Position numbers and translations under genes: made by a program
The notes under the pieces: generated by a model
The model's input: only the letters and a program-made list of their open reading frames with translations
Databases searched by the model: none
What the model was told of the DNA's origin: nothing
From: Octopus sinensis
Lineage: Eukaryota
Assembly (NCBI RefSeq): GCF_006345805.1
Contig: NC_043008.1
Coordinates: forward strand, 32,302,001-32,366,000
Direction: 5' to 3'
DNA: 64,000 bases
In this document: positions 10,522 to 23,540 of the stretch, one piece after another
Layout: each line of letters begins with the position of its first letter
Numbering within the stretch: position 1 is the first letter of the stretch

Positions 10522-13315
10522 CTACAACTCATCTAAAGTGTATATATAATCAGTGTAGTTTCGACGGATTTCGGGAAGCATGAGGGCCTTAAAGGATGCA
10601 GTGTCATGGCAGTCAACAACTGATGCAGGCAGTTTATTCCACGCTTCAGCAACCCTGAGCGTGAAAAAATGTTTCCGAAAGTCATGGGAGCTGTGCTGTT
10701 TTCTGACTTTGTAGGCATGTCCACGTGTGTTAGACACATGGAGATCAAAAAGGTGTTCAGTGTTGTTGTTGGTGAGGTGGTTGATAACCTTGTGGGTGTT
10801 TACCAAGTCCGTCGCCAGACGCCGGAGCTTCAGTGAATCCATGCCCAGGGAAACAAGGCGCTCAGAATGGTAGGTGTCTGATGGAGGGTATGCGTTTGGT
10901 TGCACGTCTCTGGACAGATTCCAGGAGGTCAATGTTCTGAGCAAGATAGGGATTCCAAACTGATGATGCGAATTCCAAGTGTGGTCGTACCATAGCTGTA
11001 TACAGTTTTAAATAGATGGCTGGAGAGCGGCTAACAAAAGTCTTGCTGAGTGATGCCAAGACACCCTCGGCCTTCTTGACAATTTTAGAGATATGCTTTG
11101 TCCAACGCAAATCACTGCTGACAGTGATGCCTAGGTCACGCTCGCAAGAGGATTTCTTGATATCAGTGTTGTGGAGGGAGTATGTGGACGCAGGGTTTTT
11201 TCTCCCAAAATGCATGGTGGTACACTTGTCCACAGCCAGTTTCAGTTGCCAGTCTGTGATCCATTGCTGCATTGTGTCTAGGTCTGATTGCAGGAAAGAG
11301 TTGTAGACATCAGGATCAGTCCTCTTGATTTCAAGGTACAGCTTGATGTCGTCTGCATATTTCAATACTGTGGCATTCTTTAAATTGGCATCTATGTCAT
11401 TAATGTATGCCACAAACAGGAGGGGACCAAGGACAGATCCCTGTGGTACACCCGATGACATCTCATATGGTGTAGAGTGCTGTCCTAGAACTGTGACTAC
11501 CTCCTTTCGGCTGAGGATGAAGGATTTCAACCAGTTAAAAAGGTCATCCCCCACACCCATTGCAGAGAGTTTCACCATAAGCCTTTTGTGTGGCACAGAG
11601 TTGAAAGCCTTAGCAAAGTCAAGGTAGACAACATCCACCCATGAGCCACTGTCAGTGATCTGAGTAATGTCCTCAAGGAACTCGACAAGCTGGTCACTGC
11701 AGCTGGAGTTAGGGACAAATCCATATTGTGTGAGGGTCGGATGAGACTGTGAGAGCTCCAGAAGTTCCAGAGTGTTTCTCTGACACACGATTCCATCAGT
11801 TTTGCAATACAGCTAGTGAGACTGACTGGGCGATAGTTGACAGGTGATGTGCGGTCACCCTTTTTGAACAGAGGAATGACACTGGCAGTTTTCCACTGCT
11901 CCGAGTAGCACCATTGTTGAGACAGTACTGGAAGAAAATAGAAAGCTGGTGTAAAAGGAAGTGCCTGCCACGTTTGAGAAGCAGGTATGTAACTCCATCG
12001 AGACCAGGGGAGGCATAGTTGCGCTTATTTTGAAGGTGACGTCGCAGCATTGCAGGTGTAAATTCCATAGTTGTTATGGAGTTTGCTGTTAGTGATGGTG
12101 AAGATGGTACATTTTGACTTTCGACAGTGAATATGTTTGCATAGCACTCGGCAATGAGTTCTGCGCATTCCTTGGGGTCGTCAGTGATCTGGTTCGTGTG
12201 AGGGTTGCGAAGAGGGCCCACTGGAGAGTGAGGTCTCTGCTTTGAATGCACATATTTCCAGAAAACCTTGCTGTCAGGATTGGCTGCTATGCACTGTTCA
12301 AATTCAAGCACTGCATTTTTTGTCACTTGCTTGAGATGGTTGGAGGATTTATTCCGCTTCTTCTTCCTGTTGGTGTCTGATTTATGCAACTTGTATTCCT
12401 GTTCAGCAGTCCGACGTTCCTTCCTGGCAAGTCGGACCGCTGAAGTTTCCCAAATTGCCCTTTTGGGGCGGTTCTTCTTTTTTTGTTTACGTGGCACTGA
12501 TGCTGCACATGCTGCCCATATTGAGTCCAGGATACTCTGGAGTATAGTATTCACATCTCCAGAGTTGTAGAATTCACGCCAGTTTGGGTGCTGTAGTTCA
12601 GTGTGGTACAGGTTCCAATCTGCTCTCTTCCAATCGAAGGAAGCAGATTGGAGATGGTTCAGGTGTTTGTTGCCCGCAAGAGCCAGATTGGCGATGATCA
12701 TAGCATGATCAGAGTCACCTAGAGGTTCCTCCGTAGTGCAATTGATAACCGCTTCAGGAGTTGTGGTGAAGAGCAGGTCCAAGGTGTTGTCGCCTCTTGT
12801 TGGAGAGGTGACTACTTGACCAGTTTGAGTCCAGCACAAGCTCAACAAAATCGTTTGCACTCTGTGGCCAACGGAAGGTTTCCCAATCGATCTCAGGATG
12901 ATTGAAATCGCCTGCAATAAACACATAAGTGGCTGTTTTCCTGGCTGCAGCTCGGAGGATGTTGCAAAGCTGTGTGTCCTGATGGTAATTTGGGGGACGA
13001 TAAACAACGCCAAGCAGGAGTGTTGACATGGTCATACGTACGTCACAGAAAAAAACTTCTTGTGATTCGTTCAAATCGGCACAAGGAATTACCAAAAAAT
13101 TTGAACGAACGTAGACCATCACACACACCACCACCACGGCGGTTAGTGCGGTCCTTACGGAAGAGGTTGTACCCCGTGATGTTGAAAACCCCATCACAGA
13201 GTAAGGAATGCGCCCATGTTTCCGTGACAGTGATGAAGTCAGGGTCAACACTTCTGACGTAGGCGTTGAACAAATGTATTTTGTTGCATAAACTGCGAGC
13301 ATTTAAGGACAACAA
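10522..13315 (-). CDS. LINE ORF2: apurinic endonuclease + reverse transcriptase (about 4 frameshifts)
   Basis: APE: SLNARSL, VTETW, RKDR..RGGGV, YRPP, AGDFN, PTRGDNTLDL, LGDSDH. RT: QYGF, YLDFAKAFNSVPH, GVPQGSVLGPLLF, YADD. C-terminus RGH..K...RKHFFTLRV..AWNKLP. Confidence 0.9.
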
Positions 13316-13371
13316 TTTGTACCCTGCTCGCAGTTTATGATGGTGTGTGGAGGATGGCAGATTGTCCTGGC

Positions 13372-14589
13372 TTAGTTTCCCTGAGTTGCTGTAGTCTTTT
13401 TAGTTATTGTGGGTAGAGAGCACTCAGACCAGCTGGTATCTCTCTTCCACGTTTCATCAGTCTTGACAAATCTCCAGATTTGTCCATCTTCCCGAAGACT
13501 GAAGCTTTCCTGTAGAGCTGAGTTCCTATTCAGGGAAGCCACTACACGTAGCTTCGGACGTAGATCGGACGGTAAGCCTGGGCGTGTTCGGAAGGTGGTC
13601 CGATTTTCACGCCCAGCTTTAACTGAGGCCAGATGGTAAGAGGTTGCCTCAGTGTGGTCCGAAAAAGACAGCTTGATGAGCCTAGGTTTTGGGCCAGGTC
13701 GTCCAAGGCGGATAGCACCCGTTGGGGGAATGCAGCCTAGGTCTTTGGCTGAGTTGGCAGCAAATGCCTGAAGATCAGCCATGTCTTCAGGCACCCCAAT
13801 GGCAATGACTTCATGGGTAGCAGAATCCGCGGTCTTAGATGCGACAGAGGTACAGGTACAGGGATGTTCTTTAGCAGAGCATTCCGATAAGACCCCTCAT
13901 TGTGGAGTCCAACCTGAATGGTTGCTTTTATTCCTGCTACTTCCCCTCTTAAAGCACAGATCGATTGTTGCAGTTCTGCAAGAACCGCACTGGTCAATTG
14001 GTTTGTTGTTGTGCTGCTGCTGCTGCTCTGGTTGTGGTTGATTTTTGTTGCTGCTGTTGTTGTTGATGTTGTTGTTGCTGCTGCTGCTCTGGTTGTGGTT
14101 GATTTTGTTGTTGCTGCTGTTGTTGTTGTTGCTGCTGCTCTGGTTGTGGTTGATTTTGTTGTTGCTGTTTTGTTGTTGTGGCTGCTGCTGCTGCTCTAGT
14201 TTGGTTTGATTTTGTTGTTGCTGCTGTTGCTGTTCCGCCTCCTCCACGGAGTGGCAGGGGGAGACACAATCGTCGGTTGTGGAGGCACGCAGGCCTGACA
14301 CTGAAAAGTCCAAGATTTAAGCTGAACCATCTTCCAGAGTCTATCTATCATAGCATTATGATGGCTCTTTTTTTGGCCTGGGATCCTCTGAAAGTCCGTG
14401 GCACATTGGAGGCAGACGAGATGAGGCATGTCCCACACATTCGACCCAGCGATTACGGAACGTATGTTCGGGTTCCGTACAGATGTGGCAGGTGTGATTT
14501 TCTGGGCAGTGTTCTATTTTGGAGCAGCGACCAGTCTTATCGCACGCCGCTATGGATTCCACCATGGCGATTCTGTTGCTTCTGGTCAT
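13372..14589 (-). CDS. LINE ORF1 (PHD-like finger, polyQ tract, coiled coil, RNA-binding region; frameshifted)
   Basis: Stitched frames give CHIC...WVECGTC..HLVC...FQCQAC, then a Q/N tract, LAELQQSICALRGEVAGIKATI and GAIRLGRPGPKPRLIKLSF. Confidence 0.7.
13988..14232 (-). repeat. CAG/CAA composite VNTR inside ORF1 (polyQ/QNQPQPE units)
   Basis: Repeated ctgctgctgctctggttgtggttgattt units separated by variable (gtt/gct)n. Confidence 0.9.
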
Positions 14590-16149
14590 CCGTAGAGACA
14601 GAAAATAAAAACAACAATACGATAAAAGTAAAATATAAAATATTTGTTTTTATTCGTTCTTTTTTTGTGTATATTCCTTTTGTTCTTAAATATTGCGTGT
14701 GTATATACACATGTTTCGTTCTTTTTTGTGTATATTCCTTTTTTTTTTTAAATATTGCTTGTGTATATATAAAAGGATTTGTGCGTATGTTTAGTGTTTA
14801 GTGTAGACACGGAGAAAGTTTGTAAACAGAAATGAAATCAGTGATTTTTTGATTTCTTTTGCAGTGTAGTCCGTCACATTAAATAGTGTGATTTATTTTC
14901 ACTCTGCACGTATATATATGTGTGCTACAAGTATCTATGTATGTATGTATGTCACTGCTTTATAAATTTTGGACGTACTTACTGTCGTTCAACGTTTTGT
15001 TTTACCCTCAACTACACGTGGTGAATTCTTCCATTGTAGATCTGTGGTGGTCATCGTCGTAATATTTTCTCTTTAGTTTCCTCGCCAAATTGATTATACC
15101 CTAATCAAACCATTTGTTTGTCTACATGTGAATGTGTTTTTGTTTTAGTAACATTGTATTTTCCTCCTTTTCCTTTTTCCTTCCCATATTATATGGAACT
15201 TCGGTGGACAGCTACTCTAAGACTCCAGCTGTTTTGTGACATCGTTGTGGGGAAGAAGATCAGTTATCATTTTAAAAATCTCACATGCTTTTTTGAACTC
15301 AAAAGGCAAAAATTTTGGTTATGTACTTGCATCCTCTAACATTTTGATGGGTGCAAAATCATAATTTGCACCCCACCAACTTACTTTCCTCAGGTTTAGA
15401 AAATACTGTTTAAAAATTGATCGGTAAAAGTTAGCTGAATTTAATTAAATAAGAACAAAAATAAACAAAAACAGCTAAAAGTTTACTCATGAAGCTGGTC
15501 ATGAAATTCTGAAGGGAATTGTAGAACTTGTAGAACATTTGTTGGTATCACAGTTTATAAATGGCTACAGTGTTGAATTTTTGATCTAATAGTTTTGATG
15601 TTATATTGCATTAGTATTCTCTATCTGTCCTACTTCATAACTGAACAGACATGAAAGTTAAAAAAAAAAAAATGGAGTGATCATATGAAAATAGCAGTAG
15701 AATACCAGACCAACTTCAAATTATTATTATTATTATTATCATTTTGCTACTACATAGCATTGATATTGTAACTTGTTTGATTACGGTGCGTATAAGATCA
15801 CAACCCACAGTCAAGGATAAGAAACCTTCTTATTGTAATTGACAAGATTGTATTAAGATCCTTCGACACTTCATAAATATCCTAAATTTTCATCGAGAAC
15901 TTTATTGACTCAAATTAATAAGTTTTCTGCACTGCACGTACTCTCAGATTAAGATCTAGATTTCAAAGTTTATTTCCAAATTCTTCGTCACGGTTTGCTA
16001 AGTTCCAAAGATAATTCATGGAATGATGACCTTATAATTTTCATTATTTGTTATTGAGGATTTCAGACGGTATAATATTCTACTTCTTTCGTTTTTTCTT
16101 TTTCTAGACTCTGCTATCAAGTAGATATGCCACATCAATTACAGGACAC

Positions 16150-16365
16150 ACGAAGACAACCAACTGGCCGAATCGTTAGCACGCCAGGCAAAATACTCAG
16201 TGGCATTTCGTCCGTCTTCACGTTCTGAGGTCAAATTCTGCCGAGGTCTACTTTAACTTTCATCGTTTCAAAGTCTATAAAATGTGTCAGTTGAGCACTG
16301 GGGTTGATGTAATCGACTGGCCCGCTTTCTACAAAATTGCTGGCCTTGTGCCAACACTTGAAACC
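16150..16365 (+). mobile_element. tRNA-derived SINE monomer
   Basis: ctggccgaatcgttagcacgccaggc...gttctgaggtcaaattctgccgaggtc.actt... Confidence 0.75.
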
Positions 16366-16379
16366 AATTACTGGACACA

Positions 16380-16610
16380 CTATAAAGGCCAACTGGATCA
16401 CTCCCTCCATCAAATCGACATTACCTGTACAGGTGTACGATGTGCGACATGTCAGATGAAGAAATGACCGCAGAGCAAAGTGAAATGAAGTGTTTTTATC
16501 ATGAATACAGCGCAACGCCCGGTCTGGGAATTGAAATCACGATCCCGCAATCGTGAGTGCAACACCCTAACTACTAAACCATGCGCCTTCACAAGCCATG
16601 CACCTTCACA
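16380..16610 (-). mobile_element. second-family tRNA-derived SINE
   Basis: Reverse complement has ggcgcatggtttagtagttaggg...gatttcaattcccag...aaacacttcatttcac. Confidence 0.65.
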
Positions 16611-16689
16611 GCGAGCGCAGAGTAGTTTTCTCAATACTACTTCTGCAAAAACGCAAAAAACCTCATATTCTTTCTAATTTTGACACATG

Positions 16690-16890
16690 GTTAGCAAATT
16701 TTAGGGGTCTATTAGATTGACCTCCAAGTCTATTAGATCGACCCAAGTACTTGACTGGTACATTATTTTACCGACCCCGAAAGGATGAAAGGTATAGTTG
16801 AGCTCAGCGGGATTTACATTTGGCACGTAAAAGGTCGGAAGATAGGCTGCTAAACACTCTGTCCAACAAAGTGACGATCCACCCAGCTCG
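16690..16890 (-). mobile_element. tRNA-derived SINE monomer
   Basis: gatcgacccaagtac.tgactggtac...ttttaccgaccccgaaaggatgaaagg. Confidence 0.7.
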
Positions 16891-17574
16891 TCGACCATCA
16901 TAATACCATCGTAATAATACCAAAACATATTTGGAATTATCTGCCCAATTTGTCTAGAAAAAAATTCATATTTGATTAATGTTGCTTTTTCTACGCCACA
17001 TAATTACTTGTAGCTGTCTTCTTGCAGCTCTCTTCCTGAAATATGTTAATACTAATTTTCAAATGTTAAAATATGTCAAGTAGGTCATTGATGTCAAATC
17101 TACCTGTGTCATGAATCTTGTGATTCGTGTCTTTGCAACGATGACGAGTAAATTAATAGATGTCATCTGCGTAGTTCAACGTGGATACATCCGTGTAAAG
17201 AATAAGGTAATAATATTCTGCTTACTTTACTCTCTAACAACCTGTTCATAATAAAAGAAAAAGAAAGAAAGAAATTAATGCATTTGCTCACTCAAGGAAA
17301 TAAACCAACGAAGAAAACCTCTGGGTGGTTTCATACCCGGCAAAAATAGTTGTTACAATTAAACCTCATTCAAATGCCAACATGGTCAATTTCGCTTCAC
17401 AATCGGTTTTCACATGGTTCGATGATAGTATGGAGTACCCTGGGGTATGGTTTTGTACTATTCATTAATGATTTGTGGGTGAAATTTGCAAGGCGTAAAA
17501 GTGCGAAATCCCGTCTGTCTGTCTGTTTGTCTGTCTGTCTGTATGTATGTATGTATGTATGTATGTATGTATGT

Positions 17575-17760
17575 ATGACTTTTCTTTGAGTTTAAATTAA
17601 GTTCTTCTTTAGGGAGTTCAAGCCGGTCGCTAACAAAGTGACACGACTTATGTAGTTAAGAGAGTTCCCGGTGTTTGTAAATGTGTGGTTGAGTTGGTGT
17701 GTTGGTTGAATTGTCGATGCATACACTCAAGTGTGTGCATCTATTCACATAAAAATCTCA
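17575..17760. repeat. dispersed repeat, inverted partner of 3170-3350
   Basis: About 190-bp reverse-complement similarity. Confidence 0.7.
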
Positions 17761-18321
17761 CATGGAGAATTTTTGGAATGTCTCATAAATCCTCACTGTG
17801 CCACTAATAGATTGGATTTAAAGAATCTGTGTCATTTTGTTTTGCTCTTTTCCCGTGAAACTGAGTATTTCTAGGTTTTTGTGCAAATTCGTTTGTACCT
17901 ATGATAATAGGTACAAATGAGAATTCGTAGTCAAGGTACAAGAGATGTAAGTTCCGCAGTAATTCGCCATGAATATTCTTGCTCACTACTAGTTATGAGC
18001 AAGATCACCTAGGTTCGAAACAGGATTAACTACCCGATATAGTAATCAGTGAAATAATACAGTGGCACACTTATTTTAGAAACATCAAGTACTTAATTTC
18101 GCATGTGAAAGTCGTGTATATACATGTAAACAAACAAAACTCCAGTTGTTGACGAGGTGGATGGTAACTGCTGGATCCAGGTATCTTGCAAGGTAACTTG
18201 TGCTACATATTCCATATGTTCTTTTCATTTGAGGTTTATTGTTACCAGCTGTTTAATTCACACTGGTATGAAATCATAACATCGATTACCTGTCGAGTCA
18301 TTGAGTCATTCTTAGTGATTA

Positions 18322-18357
<36 letters not shown>

Positions 18358-18382
18358 CATACATATATACATCGAGACATGT

Positions 18383-18463
<81 letters not shown>

Positions 18464-18613
18464 TGTTGTTGTTGTTGTTATTTATTTATTCATTTATTTA
18501 TTTATGTAAAATTATACACTGATATCGTTTTGAATTTGGCGCTGGTCTTTCAACGATCAACAGGCATGACGAAACGAGTAAAGACATTTAATCCTATCAA
18601 AGCTCGGTATATA

Positions 18614-18676
<63 letters not shown>

Positions 18677-18677
<1 letters not shown>

Positions 18678-18858
18678 GTTAATCCAAACGCGAGGACGTG
18701 GAACAAATATAGTGTTATTGGACAGCTCAGGAAGGAAGGGAAGAAGGAGCGTTTAACGTTTCGAGCGGAGCTCTTCGTCAGAAACATAGGAAAAGGAAAG
18801 ATCCAGAGAAGGGAAGACGGAGGTAAAAAATCGCCAACGGTACACACGCGGTCACATT
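18677..18858 (-). mobile_element. short putative PLE-tail-derived element (second family) with a hammerhead motif
   Basis: Same layout as 1131-1333 and 23354-23540 (pyrimidine run, hammerhead motif, cctgagc, 3' end abutting (TA)n) but different sequence. Confidence 0.5.
18750..18786 (-). ncRNA. minimal type I hammerhead ribozyme motif
   Basis: UGUUU-CUGACGA-A-GAGC(UCC)GCUC-GAAA-C-GUU-AAACG: canonical CUGANGA/GAAA core, 5-bp stem I, 4-bp stem II, palindromic ACGU stem III. Confidence 0.65.
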
Positions 18859-18859
18859 A

Positions 18860-18931
<72 letters not shown>

Positions 18932-21681
18932 AAAAGGGATAAATTATCTTGGCGGATACCGTATTATCTCACAAATTGGCATAGATGCCAGTCATCCACA
19001 ACGGACCAATTACATAGTACTCAAGCTTTGATTGTATTTTGCAGTATTGCTTATTATTTATTCAGAAGTATTTTACTTATTTTGGGGTTTATACCCTCAA
19101 TTAATATCATTGTTATTATTATTAATATTAGAGTTATTTGTATAAATATTAATTATCGCAATCATTATTGTAACTTACATAATTACAATAGATGGTGAGT
19201 TGTGTTTATTTAGATTGTTTAAGTGTGGACATCTTAGAGCTTAGGATGCATAAATATTATCCCTCGCTGCGCAAATAATTTTTGCGGATTTGAAGTTGAA
19301 GTTGCGTCATGGATGTATCTGGTCAGACAATAATCAAACAATTGGTCCAATTTATGAAAAAGCGGCACTAGGGCAAGTGTCTTTCACTCTAGCCTCGCAT
19401 TAGCTGATACATTGTGAATGGAATTTGGAAAGCTGGGAGGAAGCTAGGAAAGCAAGGGAAACTGGGCAGAAGCCCAGCGACTCGTATCCCTTTATGTCAT
19501 GTAACTTAGCAATCCGACAAATATATACGATAACATAGGTACCAAACTGAAATAAGTACTGAGGTCGATTGCACCAACTAAAACTCTTCAAGGCAATGCC
19601 CTAGTCTCATGACCGAAACCAGCAAAAGAATAATAGAATATATTCATCTTTTACATTTGCAGACAACATCGGTAGATGCCACAGACCTATTTTATTGAAC
19701 TTTTATTCATTCCTCTACAGTCACAGTTGAAATACTATTGATGTCATTGTGATGAAATCGCAAAACCAAGGTCGTAGGTTACGAAAAGTTATCTTTATTG
19801 TGAAAACTCTCCTTGCATTTCAGATTCTGACAGCTGTGCATTATACGAGAATGTAACCCAAGGCTTAATATATGAACCAATCCGTATAAAACTACTTCCT
19901 ATTTGGAAGTCGTGTCATCCCGTTATTGGCGATAAACGTGACGGGATCACGAAATATCCATGAAGCAACCACGAAAGAATTACGAGCGCATCTCTGTGAT
20001 ACACAAATAGAATGGAAGCAAAAATTATTCAACGCAAACAACATCACAATGTATTAGCGTACAATTCAAAGAATGCATGGGCTACATGTGTTCACCGCAG
20101 ATGAAGTCTTCTTGTCCGTCATCTGCTGAGCGTTTTTCATATACACACAGCTTGCATACACAAAAGCTATATTCAATTGTCGAATATGGGCCTAATATAA
20201 TGTTTATTGCAGATAACACTATGTAGCACGATTTTTGTTCTTGGGTAACAACTATTATTTTCTATTTACTTACTCATAGAAAGTATGAAAAATAGCTGAT
20301 ATTTCCTACAAACTATGCTTTTGTACATTTATTCAACCTCCAAAGAATCCCTCTCAACACATGGCTATGATGCTCCCCCATTAATCCTGCTCGTGATCAG
20401 TGATGTACATATTGTTAAACAATAAGGGGCATGATCAAGTGGCTACGGTCAAGCAGCTGACAAACAAATCTGTGATATTGAGCAGAATATTTGCTATAAC
20501 GATATTCCTGCTTCAGCAACTTAACGTTGAATCTGTCGGAAATGTATTGGAAAATAGGTCAGTTTCAAAACGTTGATGTCCAGATCAGAAAACAAAGTTT
20601 GAAGGGAATAATAATAATTTCCTTTGAATTCTAAATTGAAGCAAATAGGAAATAACACTTACTGGCCAAAGACAAAATAAATAAATAAATAAGATATAAC
20701 AATAAAAATTTTGTTACAGTGTAATAAATGATGAAAATTGTAAAACCCTCAGGTCCGAGAAGATAAGGCTGGGAAGGTAGGACAAGATGCTATAAGCCAT
20801 TCATCTCCATGATCTGAAAATTAGGGAAACTCTATCCCCTTACTTAATCACCTCATTTCCATCACTAAATAATGCTATAAAAGTTAAAAACGAACGAAAA
20901 GGTCATTAGATCTCTGTTGTTTGGTCTTGTCCCCTTCCTTGGTTTGGTACTTCAAAGAAGGTGTCCACCAACGAGAATTCTGTACTTAAGCTATCAAGAG
21001 CACTCTCCAATTCATGTCTTTTACCAGAATATTTAGTGAGTTTCCTACCGCATCCAGTTTATTGACATTTTTAAATACAGTATCTTTATGCGGATTACTC
21101 CCATTTGCTCCATTTTCTTTTTCTTTAAACTACATCTTGTCTCTTCTACAGCTCTTTACTTCCACGTCGGCTTTCATCCAATTCCATTACAAAATGGGTA
21201 GAACATTGTTTTTTTATCTTCGTGTCATCATAGATTGAATTATTCTGCCGTCTCTGAGCGTTTATTTATGTACTCTTGTTTTCGTTTTTTTAGGGGCCAG
21301 ATGCTGTTCCGGATACAAATTTTCTGTCTTTTTCAAACGGACTTGGGACCAGCTATGGCGAATTTGCTCTGCACATCCCCACACAAATACATGCATTATT
21401 TATGACTTTATTAATATTTTGAAATTTCATATTATATGTGTGTGTACATATGTGCGTGTGTGTATGTGTGTGCGCGTATGTGTGTGTGTAAGTATGTGTG
21501 TGCGCATGGGCATGTGTATAAACATTGTACAATGCTTGCACAAGGGTAACAGCTAACAACTAAAGATCGTTTTCCTTTATCTTTCTTTGCCCTTCTTTCT
21601 TCGCGTGTGCATGTGTGTGTGTATGAATGTGTATATATATGCGTATGCATGTATGTATATATATATATAGGTGTGTGTACA

Positions 21682-21749
<68 letters not shown>

Positions 21750-22372
21750 GTGTGCTTGTGTGCGTGCGTATGTATGTATGTATTAACGAAGGATAGTCGT
21801 CGTTGGGATGGTCTGTTTGATCAATTATACATCGTCCTCACACCTTTGCAGAGAGATCAAAGATTTATTTGTATGTATGAAACACGGCAGGGGAAAAAGA
21901 AGCAAGCGCTGAGGTCGCTTTAATCGATGTTTGCTTGCACTTAACTCGTCTGTTGCTTCGACCACAACCACCTACTACATCTCATCCACAGCTACCACCA
22001 TCACCACCACCACATGAGTACAAAAAGCGTTGATCAATTCGGCGGGAGAAACATGCATTTGCGTTTATTTAAGTTATGTAAGTTATTTCTGAAATACTAT
22101 ACGGAATGTCCAGACAAATAAGCAAATGCGAGCAGAAGCGATTCGTATCGGTGTTAATGACGTACATTTGAATAGTTAACGGCTAATGAGCGTTCGAATG
22201 CTGCATAATTTGTTTGCCGTGTAACAACAGCAACTTAACTACGAATTGGTAAGAGAAAGGTAGTGAATAAATATTGCCGGAGCGAAAAACACACGGAACA
22301 AATATCACACCACATGGATTCAAACAAAACACGAGCATGCACATACTTTTACACACACACACAGACACACAG

Positions 22373-22403
<31 letters not shown>

Positions 22404-22451
22404 CGCACGCATAGATGCAAAACATGAATATATACATTCACATAGATCTGC

Positions 22452-22482
<31 letters not shown>

Positions 22483-22689
22483 TGTATGTATGTATGTATG
22501 TATGTATTGCTTATATCTATATATATATATATACTAGCTCAAGGTGACCCGCTCTACGCGCGGTTAAGAGTGTGGTTGTTACTCTCTGTTGCTTCCTTTC
22601 TGTTTTTTATCACCACATTCTCCCTCTTTGTTTCTCTCTCCTTTCTCTCTCACTTTCCCACTCTCTTAACGCAGTAGATTGCAGCCCTT

Positions 22690-23150
22690 AGGAGGATTTC
22701 GGTATGAACCACCTTGTCCTGCCACCCTGACAAGTGACACCGAGGACATTTTGGAACGATCTAATACAGAAAGCTTCTAGTTGTCTGATCTGATGCCGAT
22801 AAAGGGTGTAGCTCTCAGATCTGTACAAAAGTGTGGATACACAGACAGCTCGATAAATGGAGACTTTTGTACTTGCTCAATGGTTCTTGTTCCGAAAAAT
22901 TCGTCCACTGAATCACCTGAAAAATGCAATGGCCGAGCTGGTACTCATCGAGGAGTTCAGTGATAGAGATCGTCCAAGATTGCAGAATGAGTTCGCCTGC
23001 GGTAGAGAAGCATCATCAATAACGACGGACTGAGTGGGAGGTGAGTACGAGAAGACTGATAGGAGAGTTTCAGTTTTTCGATGGCTCTCAAAGCAATAAT
23101 TTTGATCAGCCACCTGCTTCGTAGCGAAGTTGTGAGGGAAAGCATTAGGT
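22690..23150 (-). pseudogene. RTE-clade LINE RT C-terminal relic
   Basis: RKTE....PPTQSVVIDDASLPQANSFCNLGRSLS...STKVSIYRAVCVSTLLYRSESYTLYRHQIRQLEAF matches RTE 'F.YLGS...STK..IY.A...STLLY..E.W.LY......LE.F'. Confidence 0.7.
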
Positions 23151-23353
23151 TTTCTTCATCACCCTTTGAATCTAAAGAAGACATTGCAGATTTTTTATTG
23201 CCCGAGATATCGTAGTGTGTGTATGTATGTATGTATGCATGTATGTATGTATGTATGTATGTATGTATGTATGTATGTATGTATGTATGTATGTATGTAT
23301 GTATGTATGTATGTATGTGTGTATGTATGTGTGTGTGAGTGCGTGTGTGTATG

Positions 23354-23540
23354 TAGGGGGAGAATTCACAAAAAAAACACAAAAGACGAAGACAGGTGGT
23401 GTAGACAACAAACAGATGTATTAGTATAACGCTCGGGAAGTGAAATAGTCTAACGTTTCGAGCCTACGCTCTTCCACAGAAAGGAACATAGAAAGAAACA
23501 ACGAGAGAAAATAAAGAATATGTAGTGGCTAGAGATCTAT
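23354..23540 (-). mobile_element. short PLE-3'-end-derived element carrying a hammerhead-like motif
   Basis: Homologous to 1131-1333 and 47980-48188; 3' end abuts (TATG)n/(TG)n. Confidence 0.65.
23449..23484 (-). ncRNA. hammerhead-like motif (variant core, damaged stem I)
   Basis: CCUUU-CUGUGGA-A-GAGC(GUAG)GCUC-GAAA-C-GUU-AGAC. Confidence 0.4.

Larger units (their letters stand above)
10488..14900 (-). mobile_element. near full-length CR1-clade LINE
   Basis: ORF1 (PHD-like, coiled coil, RLG..PRLIKL motif) then ORF2 APE + RT with CR1-type C-terminus; 3' end runs into (AAT)n; 5' boundary approximate. Confidence 0.9.

Noticed and set aside
11016-13639. Plus-strand ORFs overlapping the LINE
   Set aside because: Antisense shadow frames of ORF1/ORF2 with no recognisable motifs
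20900-21200. Minus-strand peptide faintly like a LINE endonuclease segment
   Set aside because: Too degenerate; no diagnostic catalytic motifs
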